Positions 1 through 13,800 of a DNA stretch of 64,000 nucleotides are shown here, piece by piece. Origin of the DNA: Adineta vaga (Eukaryota > Animalia > Rotifera). The stretch covers positions 2,108,001 through 2,172,000 of the forward strand of contig CP075494.1 in assembly GCA_021613535.1 (NCBI GenBank), given 5' to 3'. The notes beneath the pieces were generated by a model that did not search any database, was not told the DNA's origin, and saw only the letters and a list, made by a program, of their open reading frames with translations. The translations under genes and the position numbers were made by a program. Position 1 is the stretch's first letter. The number at the start of each line of letters is the position of its first letter.

Positions 1-906
1 TCAAACAAATGGAATTTTGTTTAATTAGAATTTATTGAAACAAAAAAGAAAGAAGTGTTTAATAGAAAAGCTTTAAATTATTTTATATCAATTTCAAAAG
101 AGGAAGTATTGAGTTGTTTAATATGCCTAGAAAAAGAAGAAATCAGTGTTTATATCATGCCTCAAACTGAATAAACTTATAATTGTAATATAGGGCTTCC
201 CGTGAGAAGACAAGAAGTAAAAAAACTATAGTTGTCATGTCTTTCGCATTTGATTCACAGTAGGAAATTAAAACGATTAACATGTATTTTCAATTGAAAG
301 TTTTTCGAAATGATATCTTTAAAATTTCCATATTATTTTGTTAAGAAAAAAAAAGCAAGTAATTGAGTTCTTCAATATATAAAACAAACTATTGAAAGGT
401 CCGTTTTTAATACAAATAAAGTCGAAATTATCTTTTAATCAAGATTTCTAAGAAAAGTTTATATCATAAATTGAGAAAATATCTAAAATGACTCAATTAA
501 TAATAAATCGATTTATATGATGAACTCATAAATTCCAAACCTGTTTAAAATATACAAAATATATTATGAAAGACAATAAACAGACGGAATTGATCATTCA
601 TATGTCTATAGACTTCAAAATATTTGAAAGCATATCGTTACATGTTTTTTGTTGCTAACGCTCATTTGTTTAACTAATTAGTTTTAAAATAAATCAATTC
701 ATTGTTGATGTATGTATATGTAAAAAGTAATTATCTTTTTTTTTCTCACTATTATAAGTATTTGTTGTATACTTGAAATTAAACAGTTATTTGAGTAGGA
801 AAATCAGGATTCTTTTGAATATAAAATAGCATTTCATTTTATTATTTCACATTATTTTCTTAATTTTTACCCAAAGAAGCAACACAATTGATAGAGAAAA
901 AGAGAG

Positions 907-2458
907 ATGAAGCGAATTCATATATTCTTTATTATTAGTACTATTTGTGCAGTAGTATTAACTGCTGCATTACTAATTGTTTTTATACCTCGGTCGAAAA
1001 AAACACATGAAAATTCCAATGAAATAAATAATACAATAAGTTCAACAACAGGTTCAACTAGTAAGTTTAAATCTATTCAATTGATTAGTTGAAATGATTC
1101 TATTTAGATGGTGTAACATCAACAACAAAAATAATAACAGGTATACATATGTTCTATTTAATTTGATATAATCTGTATTTTCTTTAGTTCAAACAATACA
1201 AAATTCGACAAGTATATTTATTCTATTTGAAAAAAAAAGATTAATTCCTTTTGTCTTTATACATTTAGCAAAATTCGGTAATTCTACTGCAACTTCAACA
1301 CAAAGAACAACTAGTGAGTCATACAATCTAATTTTAGAGATTTGATAGAATTCATAAGTGTTATCTGATGAAGAATTGCTTACTTTTGATATGTAATTAT
1401 GTTTTATATCTATTATAGGTAATTCTGCTCAATCTTTGTATTGGACCATGGATGCATCACTAAATACAAAAAGATATTGGTTTGGTGCCGCTTTATTAGC
1501 TAATGGAAATGTTATTGTGTCTGGTGGTTGGTTAAATTCATCTATAGTAACACGATCAACTGAATTTTATTCATCATCAACAGGTTGGATATTTGGTCCT
1601 TCAATGAATGCTACTCAATATGATCACACTCTCACTGCTTTTGCAAATAATACCAAAGTATTATCTGCAGGCGGTAGATCTAATAATGGTCTAAAATTAG
1701 CTGAAGTGTACGATAGTATTAATAATATCTGGCGAAGTACATTCAATAATATGATTAGTGAAAGTTATTTGCGTAAAAGTACACTTCTTGGAAATGAACA
1801 AATACTTTTTACAGGCGGATTTAACGCTTCTGGTATATCTGTTAAAGTAGCAGAACTTTATGATGCAGCATCGAATTCATTTATTAAGATAAATGATATG
1901 ATTACAACACGAGTTCATCATACAAGTACCTTGCTTAGTGATAAATCCACAGTACTTGTTACAGGAGGAATAAATGCTAGTAACTACCTTATATATACAG
2001 CTGAACTTTATAATGCAGGTTCTTGGATGGTATTAAACAATAGCATGACAATAAATCGTGCTTATCATGCTGCCGTTCTGTTAAATGATGGAAATGTACT
2101 TATCGCTGGCGGAAGTAATGGTGGTGATTATTCATTTTCTAATGCTGAAATTTATAATGTAACAGCACGTACATTCAAAGCTGTTGGATCGATGAAATAT
2201 CGTCGAGATAGATTTTCACTTACACTTTTACCATCAGGTAATGTATTAGCTGTTGGCGGTATGGATTGGACAAATAAGACAATTATTAATGTTTGTGAAT
2301 TATATGATCCTGTCACACAAACTTGGTCAGATACAAAAATATTAAATACTAGACGATATATTCATCAAACTGTTTTACTCAATGATTCAGTACTTGTAAT
2401 TGGTGGTTACGATGGAAATGGTAACGGAATTGCTACTTCTGAAAAATATTATTTTTAA
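907..2458 (+). CDS. Type II membrane Kelch-repeat (beta-propeller) protein; exons approx. 907-1060, 1108-1140, 1188-1211, 1269-1313, 1419-2458
   Basis: N-terminal hydrophobic anchor, Thr/Ser-rich stalk on GT-AG-bounded microexons, then ~7 Kelch repeats (VLVTGG...AELY...W). Confidence 0.85.
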
Positions 2459-2857
2459 TTCTTTACATAAATTTTTTCCCTTTCAATTATTCATTCAAAA
2501 CGAGTTTCTCTTTTTGCCATTTAAGAAAATATCAAATAAAAATACACATCCAGCATTATAATTAAACTTTTTTCTAATAACTATTTTGAAAATGAAAAAT
2601 CGTATTTTTTCTATCAATAATTAATATGATTAGTCTTAACAGTTAGAAGTAATAAAGCAAACAGGCAGTTGTTATTTACAGCCAATGAATATGATGTCAA
2701 TGCAGAAGATTGACTCGTATACTCATTTTATATTGCGTTCTTAAAACTTGATTTATTTGACATATCAACATCATGGCAAACAATACGTTCATTATGGCGA
2801 AGTGCCGTTCTTCAGATATTCTTTCTGTCGTTTTATTCACCTTGATAGTTTTTTTTC

Positions 2858-2927
2858 ATCTTGAGGGCCTGGGTGGATTGGTGTGATTGTGGGTGAAGTA
2901 ATCGTCTCTCTATACCCACACCCTCAA
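2858..2927. repeat. Telomere-like inverted-repeat element (G-rich arm, spacer, C-rich arm)
   Basis: atcttgagggcctgggtgg...tgtgggtg / tacccacaccctcaa. Confidence 0.8.
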
Positions 2928-3074
2928 AAAGAGAATCAGAAATATTCGAAGAGAAAGACAAAGGTCGTGAAGAATAACAACAGCCGTCATAAAGATTTTA
3001 ACGTAGTAGCGAACCTCATCTAATGATTTATGAAGTATTTTAATTCCAAAATAACAGGCACTCTGCAACTGCAA

Positions 3075-3140
3075 TTGAGAGCGAATAGAGACACTGACTT
3101 GCACGCATCCACCCACTCCTACACCCTTACCCACACCTAA
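3075..3140. repeat. Degenerate telomere-like inverted-repeat element
   Basis: ttgagagcg ... catccacccactcctacacccttacccacacctaa; mostly the C-rich arm is preserved. Confidence 0.55.
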
Positions 3141-3260
3141 CATATACATCCAGGCTAGATAATAATCGAAAATGTGTGGCTGTACAAAAGTACACTGTTA
3201 ATATTGCAATGCTTTCATCATTAGTAAAAGCCAGATCTGGAAGTGATTGCATTAAAATGT

Positions 3261-3315
3261 ATCTTGATGGTGGGTGTAGATGAAAGTCAAGAAGGTATAC
3301 CCACAACCTCAAGAT
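3261..3315. repeat. Telomere-like inverted-repeat element
   Basis: atcttgatggtgggtgta ... tacccacaacctcaagat; outer ATCTTGA/TCAAGAT are perfectly inverted. Confidence 0.75.
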
Positions 3316-4404
3316 ATTTTTATTGAAATAAAATATTATTTCTATGAGCAGGGACAAGTCGAACCAAATTCTTCCTCTAACACAGTTTCACTATTACTCG
3401 TTAAATCATAAATATTGATATCACTATTTTGTCTAGTTTGCTGTACAGCTTGATTTGCCGATCTTAACACCTGCAGGAGATTAGCTAAAATTAAAGCTAT
3501 GATCACTTGTAAAGTTTACTTATACTGAATTTACTCATATTTGCACGACAATTAGGACAACTAATTTGTAAGCTACCATTTAGCCAGCGATATATACAAT
3601 TTCTATGATATTTTTTTTTACACCTCGAACAATCATTTGTTGGTTCATCAGGATCTATGTTCCTAAGACAGATTGGACACATTCTAAAACAATAGCAGTG
3701 TAGTAATAAAGCAAGACACTTTCTTGACGTATGGATCTTATACGCTTAAAAACTGACACAAACGCTGATTCTTCTTGTTCCTGACTTGTCATTATATCGT
3801 TGTACATAAAATATGTCTCTGATATCTCTTCTGAGAACTACACTAATAGAAATAATTTATCAATACTTTCATATCATTGTAAAAAATAAGGCTTTCTGAA
3901 TTTGCAACGTATAATAAAACTTTTTCCCGTTTTTAAAATATTTCACGTGCGAAAAAGGACTATTTACATGTTGCAAATGCATAAGTATTTTTTCCATTTA
4001 TGAGGCTATCATAAACGATTTTACCGTTGGTTATTTTCCTTTATTTTTATTACAATGATGTATTTGCGACGGTTTTCGAGGAAAGAGATGTACGCGTTGA
4101 TGAAACTACGTCTTTATTTATTTATTTCTCTCATAAATCGCAGCCACATATGTGCAACCAAAAGAAAGAGAAATATCAAGAAAAATGGACAGAACGATAT
4201 CGTCACAGATATCATTACAGTATTGTTTTTTTCTCTGTTCTGTTCTTGATTTATCGTCTCTATACGTAATGTGAATTTATCCCGCTATTTTTCTTCTTTT
4301 TCTCTTTATATAACATCGTCATAATTTTGTTTTGCCTTTGAAAAGACTAGTTATCAACTTATGAGAATCGAAATATTCTACATATTTCCTATATAACAAA
4401 ATAA

Positions 4405-5791
4405 ATGACTTCAACCATTCAAAAACAAGATGATCTTTTCTCAGCTGGTGATTGGTCATATTGGGGATGTCAATATGTGAAGGCTCGCGAGCATTTTCAA
4501 GGTGTTCTAAAGCAGTCATCTCTAAGTACTTTTGACTTAAGCCGATGTTATCGTTCATTAGCTGCAGTCGAAGTTGAATTAAAAAATTATGATCAAGCAA
4601 TAAATCTTTACAATCAACAACTTCATATATTACAAGAAATACACGATACGAACAATCAAATCGAAGAGATTTTGTCATGCTATGTCTCTATGGGTAAAGT
4701 CTATTGGTTAAAATCGGATTATGATCAAGCAATAGCATGTCAACATCGAGCTATTGAATATGCCCAATCTTATCAGGTATCTCCAACTCGAATTTCAGCT
4801 ATGTATAAGAATTTGGCAAATATTTTTACAAATACAAAAGAATTTGGAATAGCATTGGAATATTTTCAGAAAGCTCTCAATATTGATGATAAATGTCATC
4901 CCAAAAATTATCTTCAAATTGGACAAACATATGCAAATATCGGAATGATGTATCAATCAAAACAAAACTATCGAAAAGCATTGGATTATTTCGAAAAAGC
5001 TCGTGAAAATTTACTCAAAATACTTCCATCAACTCATATAGCTATTGAAAAGATCAATAAGACTATTGACAAACTGATGTTGAATTCGGATAGATCAGCA
5101 ATATGGTCTCCAACAGATGTCATGACTAGCATCGAACGACTAGTTAATGTTCAGGTATATGCATATATTTTGAAGTTTTCTAAGATTAAAATATTTGTTT
5201 TCGAAATAGCCTGTGAATTCAACGGATATTCTTACTCAAAACAACATCATGGTACTTTGGCTTGATGATCATATTGGTCGTGATGAAAATTGTCGAGCAT
5301 TAAAAGAAGAATTTCGTCAAATTACGAATAGTTTAAAGATGGTTGATTCTGTACGAAGTTGTCGGGAATGTCTACCGTATGTGAAAGATCGAAAACTTTT
5401 CTGTATTATTCAAGGCAAATATGCCAAAGAAATTGTTCCTGATATTGTTCAAATTGTATCATCACCTTCATCATCAATGAAACCAGTTGTCTACATTTTC
5501 TGTTTACATATGAGTTACTTAGTTGAATGGGCTGAAAGACAAGAATGTATAATAGAAGGTGGTATGTTCGATCATGAAAAAGATCTATTCAATCAACTTC
5601 GCAACAACTTAAATGATTTTATTAAACAAAATTCAATGAAATGTGAAAACACATTGTCACAAGAAATGATTGTAACATTTCTCGCGAAATTTACGCAAAT
5701 ATCTACACGTTGTTATAAAACAAGAGATATGATTGTCTCTTCAAAAGAAACTGTCAATGACAGAAGTCAAGATACTTCTACTGTCGCATAA
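4405..5791 (+). CDS. TPR-repeat protein with C-terminal receiver-like (VLWLDD) domain; intron 5155-5209
   Basis: TPR helices (YKNLANIF...ALEYFQKAL; YANIGMMY). A phase-0 GT-AG intron joins ORF 4405 in frame to ORF 5213. Confidence 0.85.
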
Positions 5792-5949
5792 TCATCTACC
5801 TTATATACAAGACTGATTTTTCAGTTGCATTATATATTTATCATTTTTACATTCAATACGAATCTCTGCACTTTTCCTACTTCTATATTTTGAGAACGAG
5901 GATGAGAATACTTGGTTAGTTCTCGTAATAATGGGCAATATAATCAGGA

Positions 5950-6018
5950 GAGGGTGTGAGTGTGGGTGAGATTGGCTTTGACTGTCTCTTCATCCACACC
6001 CACACCCACACCCTAAGA
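5950..6018. repeat. Telomere-like inverted-repeat element
   Basis: agggtgtgagtgtgggtga ... catccacacccacacccacaccctaaga, between the converging 3' ends of two genes. Confidence 0.9.
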
Positions 6019-6095
6019 ACTCTACAGAATTCGATCGAATGATCGCATCCTAAAAGATCTACAGGATCTAACGTCGAATTCGTGTATCTACGTAA

Positions 6096-9000
6096 CTACA
6101 CTTTCAAGAATTTGATTATTGACAAAATTCGACATTTCCATTTAGTAATGGACCCTTCAAATTCTTTGCAGTATACAGTCGAAGGAAGGACAAATATAGT
6201 GAAGGCAAGTAATGCTGGTGTAAATGCGATGAAATAACCAAAAAGAAATAGCCATGGATAATTGGATGCATTGATACATTCAGATAATAATGACATAACT
6301 AGACGAGGTAATGCTAAAATTAGTAGAACGGCAGGAGTAATTAACAATTGTTTATGATTCTTCATTTGTTGATAAACATGTTCTTTAAATATTTGTCGCT
6401 TTTGAACTTTTGAACGTTGTTGAGCAGATCCAAATATAATAAATAAGGCAGAGAAAAGATTAGCAAGAAATGGAACGATAAAATGAATAAATAATATGAC
6501 TGTATTATAATTTTGAAGAAAAGGTGAAAAACGAGTTATACACCAAGTATATATCCCTCCTTGATTTTTTTCGATTTTAACTTCAAGTAATCGTCGATAT
6601 AAAGGTTCATGAATAATTGAACCCATAATACAGAATGGTAAGATTATAATTACCCATCGAGCAATATATTTACTCTTTTCTTTATTGAATTTGATTCCTT
6701 TGAAAACGCTCACTGCTCGTTCGATTGCAACACAAGCATTGAGCCAACTATTGAAAGATAAAAATAGTTTGAGAAGAGGTTCAATAGATATACAACCTCC
6801 TCGATGAATAGTAAGATTTACAGATACATTCGTATGAGTAAAAATGAGGAAACAAAATTTAATTGTAAACATACTAATTATAAGAAGAGATGTAATCGAT
6901 GATGCAAATAGATATATTCCACAACCAACCTGTCTTAAATCTTTATTTTGAAATGTTATAAGAGAAAGAATACTACTGATCAAACCACTAATAAACATGA
7001 TAATTGTCATAGCTACACTCATTTTCACTATTATTGGTTGATTAATAAATGATGTGTCAAATCGAATTTCATTACGTAAAATATCATCGAGAGTAACACC
7101 AATATTTTTAGTATAAAACTTACATTTATCGGTAATGAAACAATTAGTACAATGTTTATCTAAATAAAATTATAGAAAACTGTGTATTCATACATTGAAT
7201 GTTGTAATTATTTGCTAACAAACAATAATAGGATGAGGGTTTAAATGATACAGATCTATAAATCTAATCTTATTTTTACATTGAGAACCAAAAACGATGA
7301 GTCATTTTTTATTTAGAAATAAAATAGATACTTACTGATCGGATTGAAAATAGTTTTATTTGGGCCATATGCCTCAATTGAAAAGTTTCCTCTCATATTT
7401 GGAAACGTTGTTGTTACTATTAATATGTATTTTACATTGAGCTGAAGATATGCGATCAGTTTAAAATCGTTTTCACTACAGCTACGATAATCTTGAGATA
7501 ATAAATTTTTAAATGGTCTGATTGGATCAAAATTATCTATATAAATATCACCGAATGTGTTGATATCGGTTTTAGTACCGATACCATAATATCCACTTTC
7601 AACTACATTCATTTCTATGATTTCATAGTAATAATTTGACTTTTGACAATCTCTCGAATATGTTTGACTATTCAGTGACAAAGTTGATGAATATTTCGAT
7701 TGTACGTTTTTTGAATACTCTGGTCGGAAAACTGATGGAGAATCTATTGAAATGAAAATAAAAATCAATTAAAATTCATAGAAGATGTTGATAAAGACTG
7801 AATTTTCTATAAAGTTTGTCTTCCTCTATAAGAAGAAATATTTCATCGCTATAACGAAAAAATCTTATCAGTGAAAATATTCAATCTTAAAGATATGTTG
7901 ACTTGAAGTGAATATACTCACTGATTTTATGGAAAATGACGGCATTTGAACCGTATGCAAAGACCGAGATCGGTCCATACGTAAACGATACGTCTGTTGC
8001 CACAACCAATACATATGAAATGTTAGCCTGAAGTGCAACTGTCAATTGAAAGTGATTTTCTTTGCATCTAAATTCATTCTGTGAATTCATATTGTCGAAT
8101 GGTTTGAACGGACTGAAATGATCTATGTAGATACAACCAGATGTTCCTATTCGAGTTTTGATTAAAAAAGTATAAAAGCCAACTGTGTCAATCTTTATTT
8201 GTATCGCTTCGTAGAGATGTTTATAGTCTTCATAACAAGTTTTGTAATATGTTGACGTATTTTTAGTAAATTCTGACCAATAGTTTGATTGTACACCTCT
8301 TGGATAGACTATATAAAGAAAAAGTGAAAACAGTTAAACTAGATTTTTATATTATTTTAGATATACATTTAAAATACCAGACTATTTATTTATGTACTTT
8401 TAAATATAAAAGATATCTTTGAAGTCTACTTTCTATTGATTAATCATTAAAAAAAACAATAGAAATAAATATGACTTACAAACAGGATTGAAACTAATCT
8501 TTGCCGGACCATGTACAGTAATTGAGAAATTTCCCGTGATATTTGAAGATGATGTTGTTATCACTAATATGTATGTCATGTTAACGTAAAGATTAGCTAT
8601 AAGTTGAAATTGATCTCCATTATCATTAAGAATACTTTGTGAAAATAAATTTTCATGAGCATTAAACTGATTGAAATCATTTTTATAAATATCGCCATGA
8701 ATTGTATTATTACTGGAATTATGTAGAAAGGTGTAAAAACCATTTGTAGTAATGTTGATCTGTAATGCTTCATAATAAGAATTTAATTTCAAACAATCCT
8801 CGAAAAACATCGAACTAGTTTTTGTCAATGCTGATGAATAAATTGATTGAATAATTGATGAATGTTCTGTATTTAATAAAACAAATAAAAATCATTTTGG
8901 ATATTCACAAACATTGAGGGTGTGAGTGAGACTACATTCTTAACCCACACCCTAAACTTACCACAAGAATTTTCTAAGAATAAAAACTTTTGAATTCGAC

Positions 9001-10048
9001 TGTTCTCTAAATCAGTAACAAATATATTTCCATAACTATCAAAACTAAAACTAAATGGCATATTTAATTGATACGATAATGAACCTTCTCCATGACATCC
9101 GATTATACACTGAAAACCATTTAAACTTTCTCGAATAATTCGATTTTTCTCTTGATCTATAATAAATACATATTTATCATCATCTAACAGAATTGCACAT
9201 GGATCATGAAGTGTAATTGTTAGATTTAATGATGTTTCTCCTGCAACTGTCGTTCCATTTATTTCATTTAAATGAAAACGTTGAATTCGATTATTTCTAC
9301 TATCTGCTACATATAAATCAAAATTATCATCATCCACAAAAATTCCCATAGGCTGATTCAGTTCATTTGAATCATATCCTTTAGTACCTGTCCCCGCAGC
9401 AATTATTTTCGTCATATTAGTATTATTTAACAATATTTTCATAACTTGATGATGAAAATCTATTGAAAGGTATAAAATATGATTGATATCGATAAAAATA
9501 TGATTTAGTGATAAATCAGAAGTTATAACGTTGACAACTCTATTTGTTTTTGAAATCCTTTGATTAACTACATGTGAGTATTGTCCAGAAATAAGAAAAA
9601 TATCTTCATTATCGGTAACAAACATAAATTTTGGATATGGAAATAAATCAGACTTGATTTTTGTTGGATTGATACTATTGTTGAACCATACTAAAAGCTT
9701 ACCCTTCTCTTGATTCGAAACATAAATTGTGTTCTTTGTATTAATAAAAATACCAACAGGATAATAACCAACTGTTGTTCTATTGGCTATTGTCATTCCA
9801 TTTTGATTCCAGACTGCTGTTGGACAAAATTTTGGTTGATTATACGAAGTAGCTATAAAAGAAGAAGAAATTAGTAGCTCTTACATATCCAGTAGATGTG
9901 GGGATATTGGTGATGCATCTCATCCTCATACGCTCTCCCAAATCACTCATTTATGCTAAGAGGCATTTTTTAGAATACCTGACATATTGTTGATCGTATG
10001 AATAAAACTAATGATAAAAATAGTGAATTGATTTCTTGTATTAAACAT
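6096..10048 (-). CDS. Multi-exon receptor: NHL-repeat propeller + three tandem ~110-aa beta domains + rhodopsin-like 7TM
   Basis: NHL motifs (LNQPMGIFVD...LYVADSRNNRIQ). Three homologous exons (YYE.I.I....GFY...GDIY...F......NL...YILV.TT...G.FSI...GP). Linker CKFYTKNIGVTLDDILR runs into the 7TM ORF (ACVAIERAVSV). GT-AG junctions seen, e.g. intron 8867-8961; the junction near 7150-7330 is not resolved. Confidence 0.75.
8914..8956. repeat. Telomere-like inverted-repeat element inside an intron
   Basis: ttgagggtgtgagtgag ... taacccacaccctaaa, a few nt from the GTAAGT donor of the NHL exon. Confidence 0.85.
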
Positions 10049-10635
10049 ATTCTTATTCAATATTAACATCAAATGAATGTTATTAATTCTTTTTTTTCTC
10101 TTTATTATTTTTCATAAATATGGCCTAGAGAATCATTCTATATATAAGGAATTTGATTCTTTTAGATAAGTACGTGATAGAATAGAAATGGTAAGTCTAT
10201 ATTGATTATTGAACGTGTTTTAAATAAAAACTCAGTCTTGGTAACAAATTTCTTTATTAGTTCTATGTTTAGTTGTATCGATCAAATAATCTTCTTGTCA
10301 GAATTATCGTTTGGTAAACTCACACTAAAAAAAAAGCTATTTTTATCAAACTTTAGAAGCTTTGTATCACTTAGGGCAATGCAAAAGTAGTGGCAAATGT
10401 ACCTTATTTTCTGAAGAAGACGTCTAAAGAAATTTCTTTTTTCGCCAATAGATAGAGCATCTTTCGCTCTATATTTCTGTACTACTTGATCATTATTCAA
10501 GTGGTGTCATAATACTAAAATTTCGCTGAAAACTTTTCTGTGTAACTTCAGATGGTAGCATTAATCATTGAATAGTTTTTATCAAAAAAACAAAGTACAT
10601 CACAAGTGAAGAACTCTACAACTTACGAAAAGCAG

Positions 10636-10673
10636 TTTGAGAGTGTGGGTCAGAAGGACACCCACACCCTAAA
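10636..10673. repeat. Telomere-like inverted-repeat element (minimal form)
   Basis: tttgagagtgtgggtc-agaagga-cacccacaccctaaa. Confidence 0.85.
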
Positions 10674-10744
10674 AATGAAAGTATTTGTTTATGATAGGTT
10701 GAAGAAGAACATTTTATTAAAATAAAATTTAAAATAAAACGAAT

Positions 10745-10840
10745 TAAGTCCATTATAGAGTGAACGTAATCAAAAATATTGGATAACTAACATAAGTCCA
10801 TTATAGAGTGAACGTAATCAAAAAGATTGGATAACTAACA
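10745..10840. repeat. 48-bp tandem duplication of the PARP gene 3' end
   Basis: taagtccattatagagtgaacgtaatcaaaaa(t/g)attggataactaaca twice, one mismatch; includes the stop codon. Confidence 0.9.
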
Positions 10841-13800
10841 TGGTTATCGTATACAACGTAAACTCTACTTCCTCCTGTTTCACCGGTTACACTATTATAA
10901 CGTGCTTCTGATACTTTTTCATTTTTCTTTGGAGCTTGACGTAATCCTGGGTTATTTTCATCTTTATAATCAAAAGATTCTCCAGTTAATACTCGAGCTA
11001 AAAATACTTGACGTTTACCATCTTGTAATTTATGAGCATAATGTTTACAAGAATATGCGGCATTAACAGCAAAATATAATCCATTTCCCCATAAACCTTT
11101 TTCACAAAATGTAAAATCAAATCCATGTTCACCTTCATAAATTTGTCTAGGTGCTGCTGTTCCAGTACCATGAAATAATTCCTTTTCTATTTCGAAATCA
11201 GGTCTATGACTTAGTTCTTGTTGAAGAGTTCGATAACGAAATGTATAATGATTCCATAATCTTAAATTTTGTATTCTTTCAATTTTTTCAATTTTAAAAT
11301 TACGTAGAGTTTCTTTCATACGGTTTTCAATACGAATAAAATCTGGATGATTTATAGGTAATTGAACTAATATACATTGTTCTTCTTGTTCACCCCATTC
11401 TGTTGGAATATCTAATGAATCTTTTCTATTCGCTGCCATTGCTAATATATCTTGTACATATGACATAATTTGTAATTTAGCTCGTTGTAAATTTTCAGGA
11501 AAACCTTTTAATTGTAATAATAAATTACCCGTTTGATCTCGTTGAAAATCAATATGAATAAATTGTTGATTTGCAATATTGCTTATTAGTTGTTTATGAA
11601 CTTCAATATTGTCAGTTAAATTAACAGTAAACGGTTCTGATATTTTAGAAGATGCAATGAGTTCATGAATTTCTTTTTCTGCTTGTTTTACTGATATCTT
11701 ATTGATACCAAAAATATTCCATTCGTCTTGTTCAGATTGTACTTTTGAATGATATACATCTAATGGTTTAGGATGATATGTCTCAGATATGATCTGTGTT
11801 TTTGTTGTTATTGGTTCACGAATTATTTCTCGTGGACCACCTGTTTCTACATTCCTTTGATGTCCACATACAAGACGATTGTTCAATGCATTTGGATTGA
11901 TTTTTAATTTTTGTTTTAAACTAGGATCAAAGTGGATAGTATAGCAAACAATAGTACCTGTTGTTAAATTATCAGGATAAATTCTCAATTTTGATGGGAC
12001 AAAATTTTGTAAATATCGTTGAAAATCCTCTTCAATTTGACGTGTTTGAGTATCATCATAAATTTCCCATCCATCATCATTTAGCCAACACCATTTTGCT
12101 GTTAGTGGTGTTAGATTAGGTGTCATCATATCATTATTTTGATCAACATCTGTATTTGTATGATCATTAACAATTTCACGTGTAAATGAATTACATGCTG
12201 CATCATCAATATCTAATAAAATAACTTTTCGTAGATGTGAATTGGGAAAATCAGCAAAGAATTGTTTTATTGCACGAATAACAATATTCGTACAATTTTG
12301 TAATGGAAAACCATAAGTTGCAGCACTAATAGCTGGCATTGCTATACTATGATATTGCTCGTTTTCAGCAAGTCGTAAACTAGATAAAATAGTGGAAAAT
12401 AATAGTGAATGTTCATTATGATGACCATCACTATATTGAGGACCAATTGCATGAATAATACCTTTATAAGGAAGACGACCAGCTGTTGTTTTAACTGCTC
12501 TACCAGGAGGTATTGCTAAACCATTGTTTTCAGCAAGTATATATTTACGTTCTTGATCAAGTTCAGGACCAGCAGCAACAAATATTGCTTTATCGACACC
12601 TCCTGGATGACGTAATGCTCCATTTGCAGCATTTACAATTGCATCAACATCTTTCGCTTTTGTAATATCACCTTTCTTAACAAGAATTGTTTGACCACGA
12701 TTATTGACAACACATGCTAACGTTACATCAGTATCATCATTAATATTTGATGTCGAAGTCTTTGCATCTACTTTAACATCTCGAATACTAGTATTAGTAT
12801 TCTGTTCAATACGTGTAAGAAGTTTATATGAATTTCCTCGAATCAATTCTGATTCGGCTAATGGTAATTTAATAGAATTTCGAATAAGTTTTTCATTAGT
12901 ATCTTTAATAATAGTCTTGATTTTTTCTTCAACTAAATTGATGACATCAGCACAACCAGAAATTGCTATTTCAGCTGGATTTCTAGAATCAGTATGAATT
13001 TTCTGAGCTCTTGCTTCGTTCAATATTGTTTGAATAGCTGAATTAGCAAAACGACGAGTAATACGTTGAATAGGAATGATTACCGATTTACGTTCGATTT
13101 TATCCATTTTTCCTGTAGCTAAACCTTGTAAAGCTTCTTTAATCTCTTCAGCAATCGTAAATGATGATGCAGGAATAACAACTGTATGGTTTTCATTTTG
13201 TAATTGTATGTATGTGTCCCATTGTTTTTGAAATTGAATAATACTTGGTCGTCTTTTGACAAATAATGCATCAGATATATTATTATACATATCTAAAGAT
13301 GGTTTCCATACAATATATCCATGAATAATATCTTCGCATTGTTGAACAACATTCTTTGTCGTTTCTTCTTTAAAACTAACTACTGTAAAAGTAACTTTTG
13401 GTGCTGTGTGCTGTCGTTCGATCAAATTATCATATAATTTAACAAATATTATTGCTTCAAAATCATCAGATTGTTGTTTTTGTTTTAAATGCTTTCTAAT
13501 TCTCGTGGCAATGTCTCTTGCTATGTTCCAAGCTTCACGTGGATAACTTTGTTCTTTTTCTGATAAATTCTCAAGAAAATTTTGAATTTCCATATGTGCT
13601 GAATCAATACGAGATACAGGACCAAATAATTTTAAACAATGATTATTATTATTATCATCGTCGTCATTATTAAAAGTAACAACACGACGTGGAGCAAAAA
13701 ACTTTACCTGAATATTGTAAATTTTACTAAGTCTATTAATATCAGGAGACGCTTTTGTTTCAAGAAAATATGCCATAGCAGCTGATATAGGAACTTGAAC

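Noticed and set aside
2910-3357. Short ORFs containing GVGVG / VWVWV / TPTPT (also 19916-20135, 33734-34030, 38663-38875, 41225-41419)
   Set aside because: Translations of the telomere-like repeats and MITE arms, not proteins.
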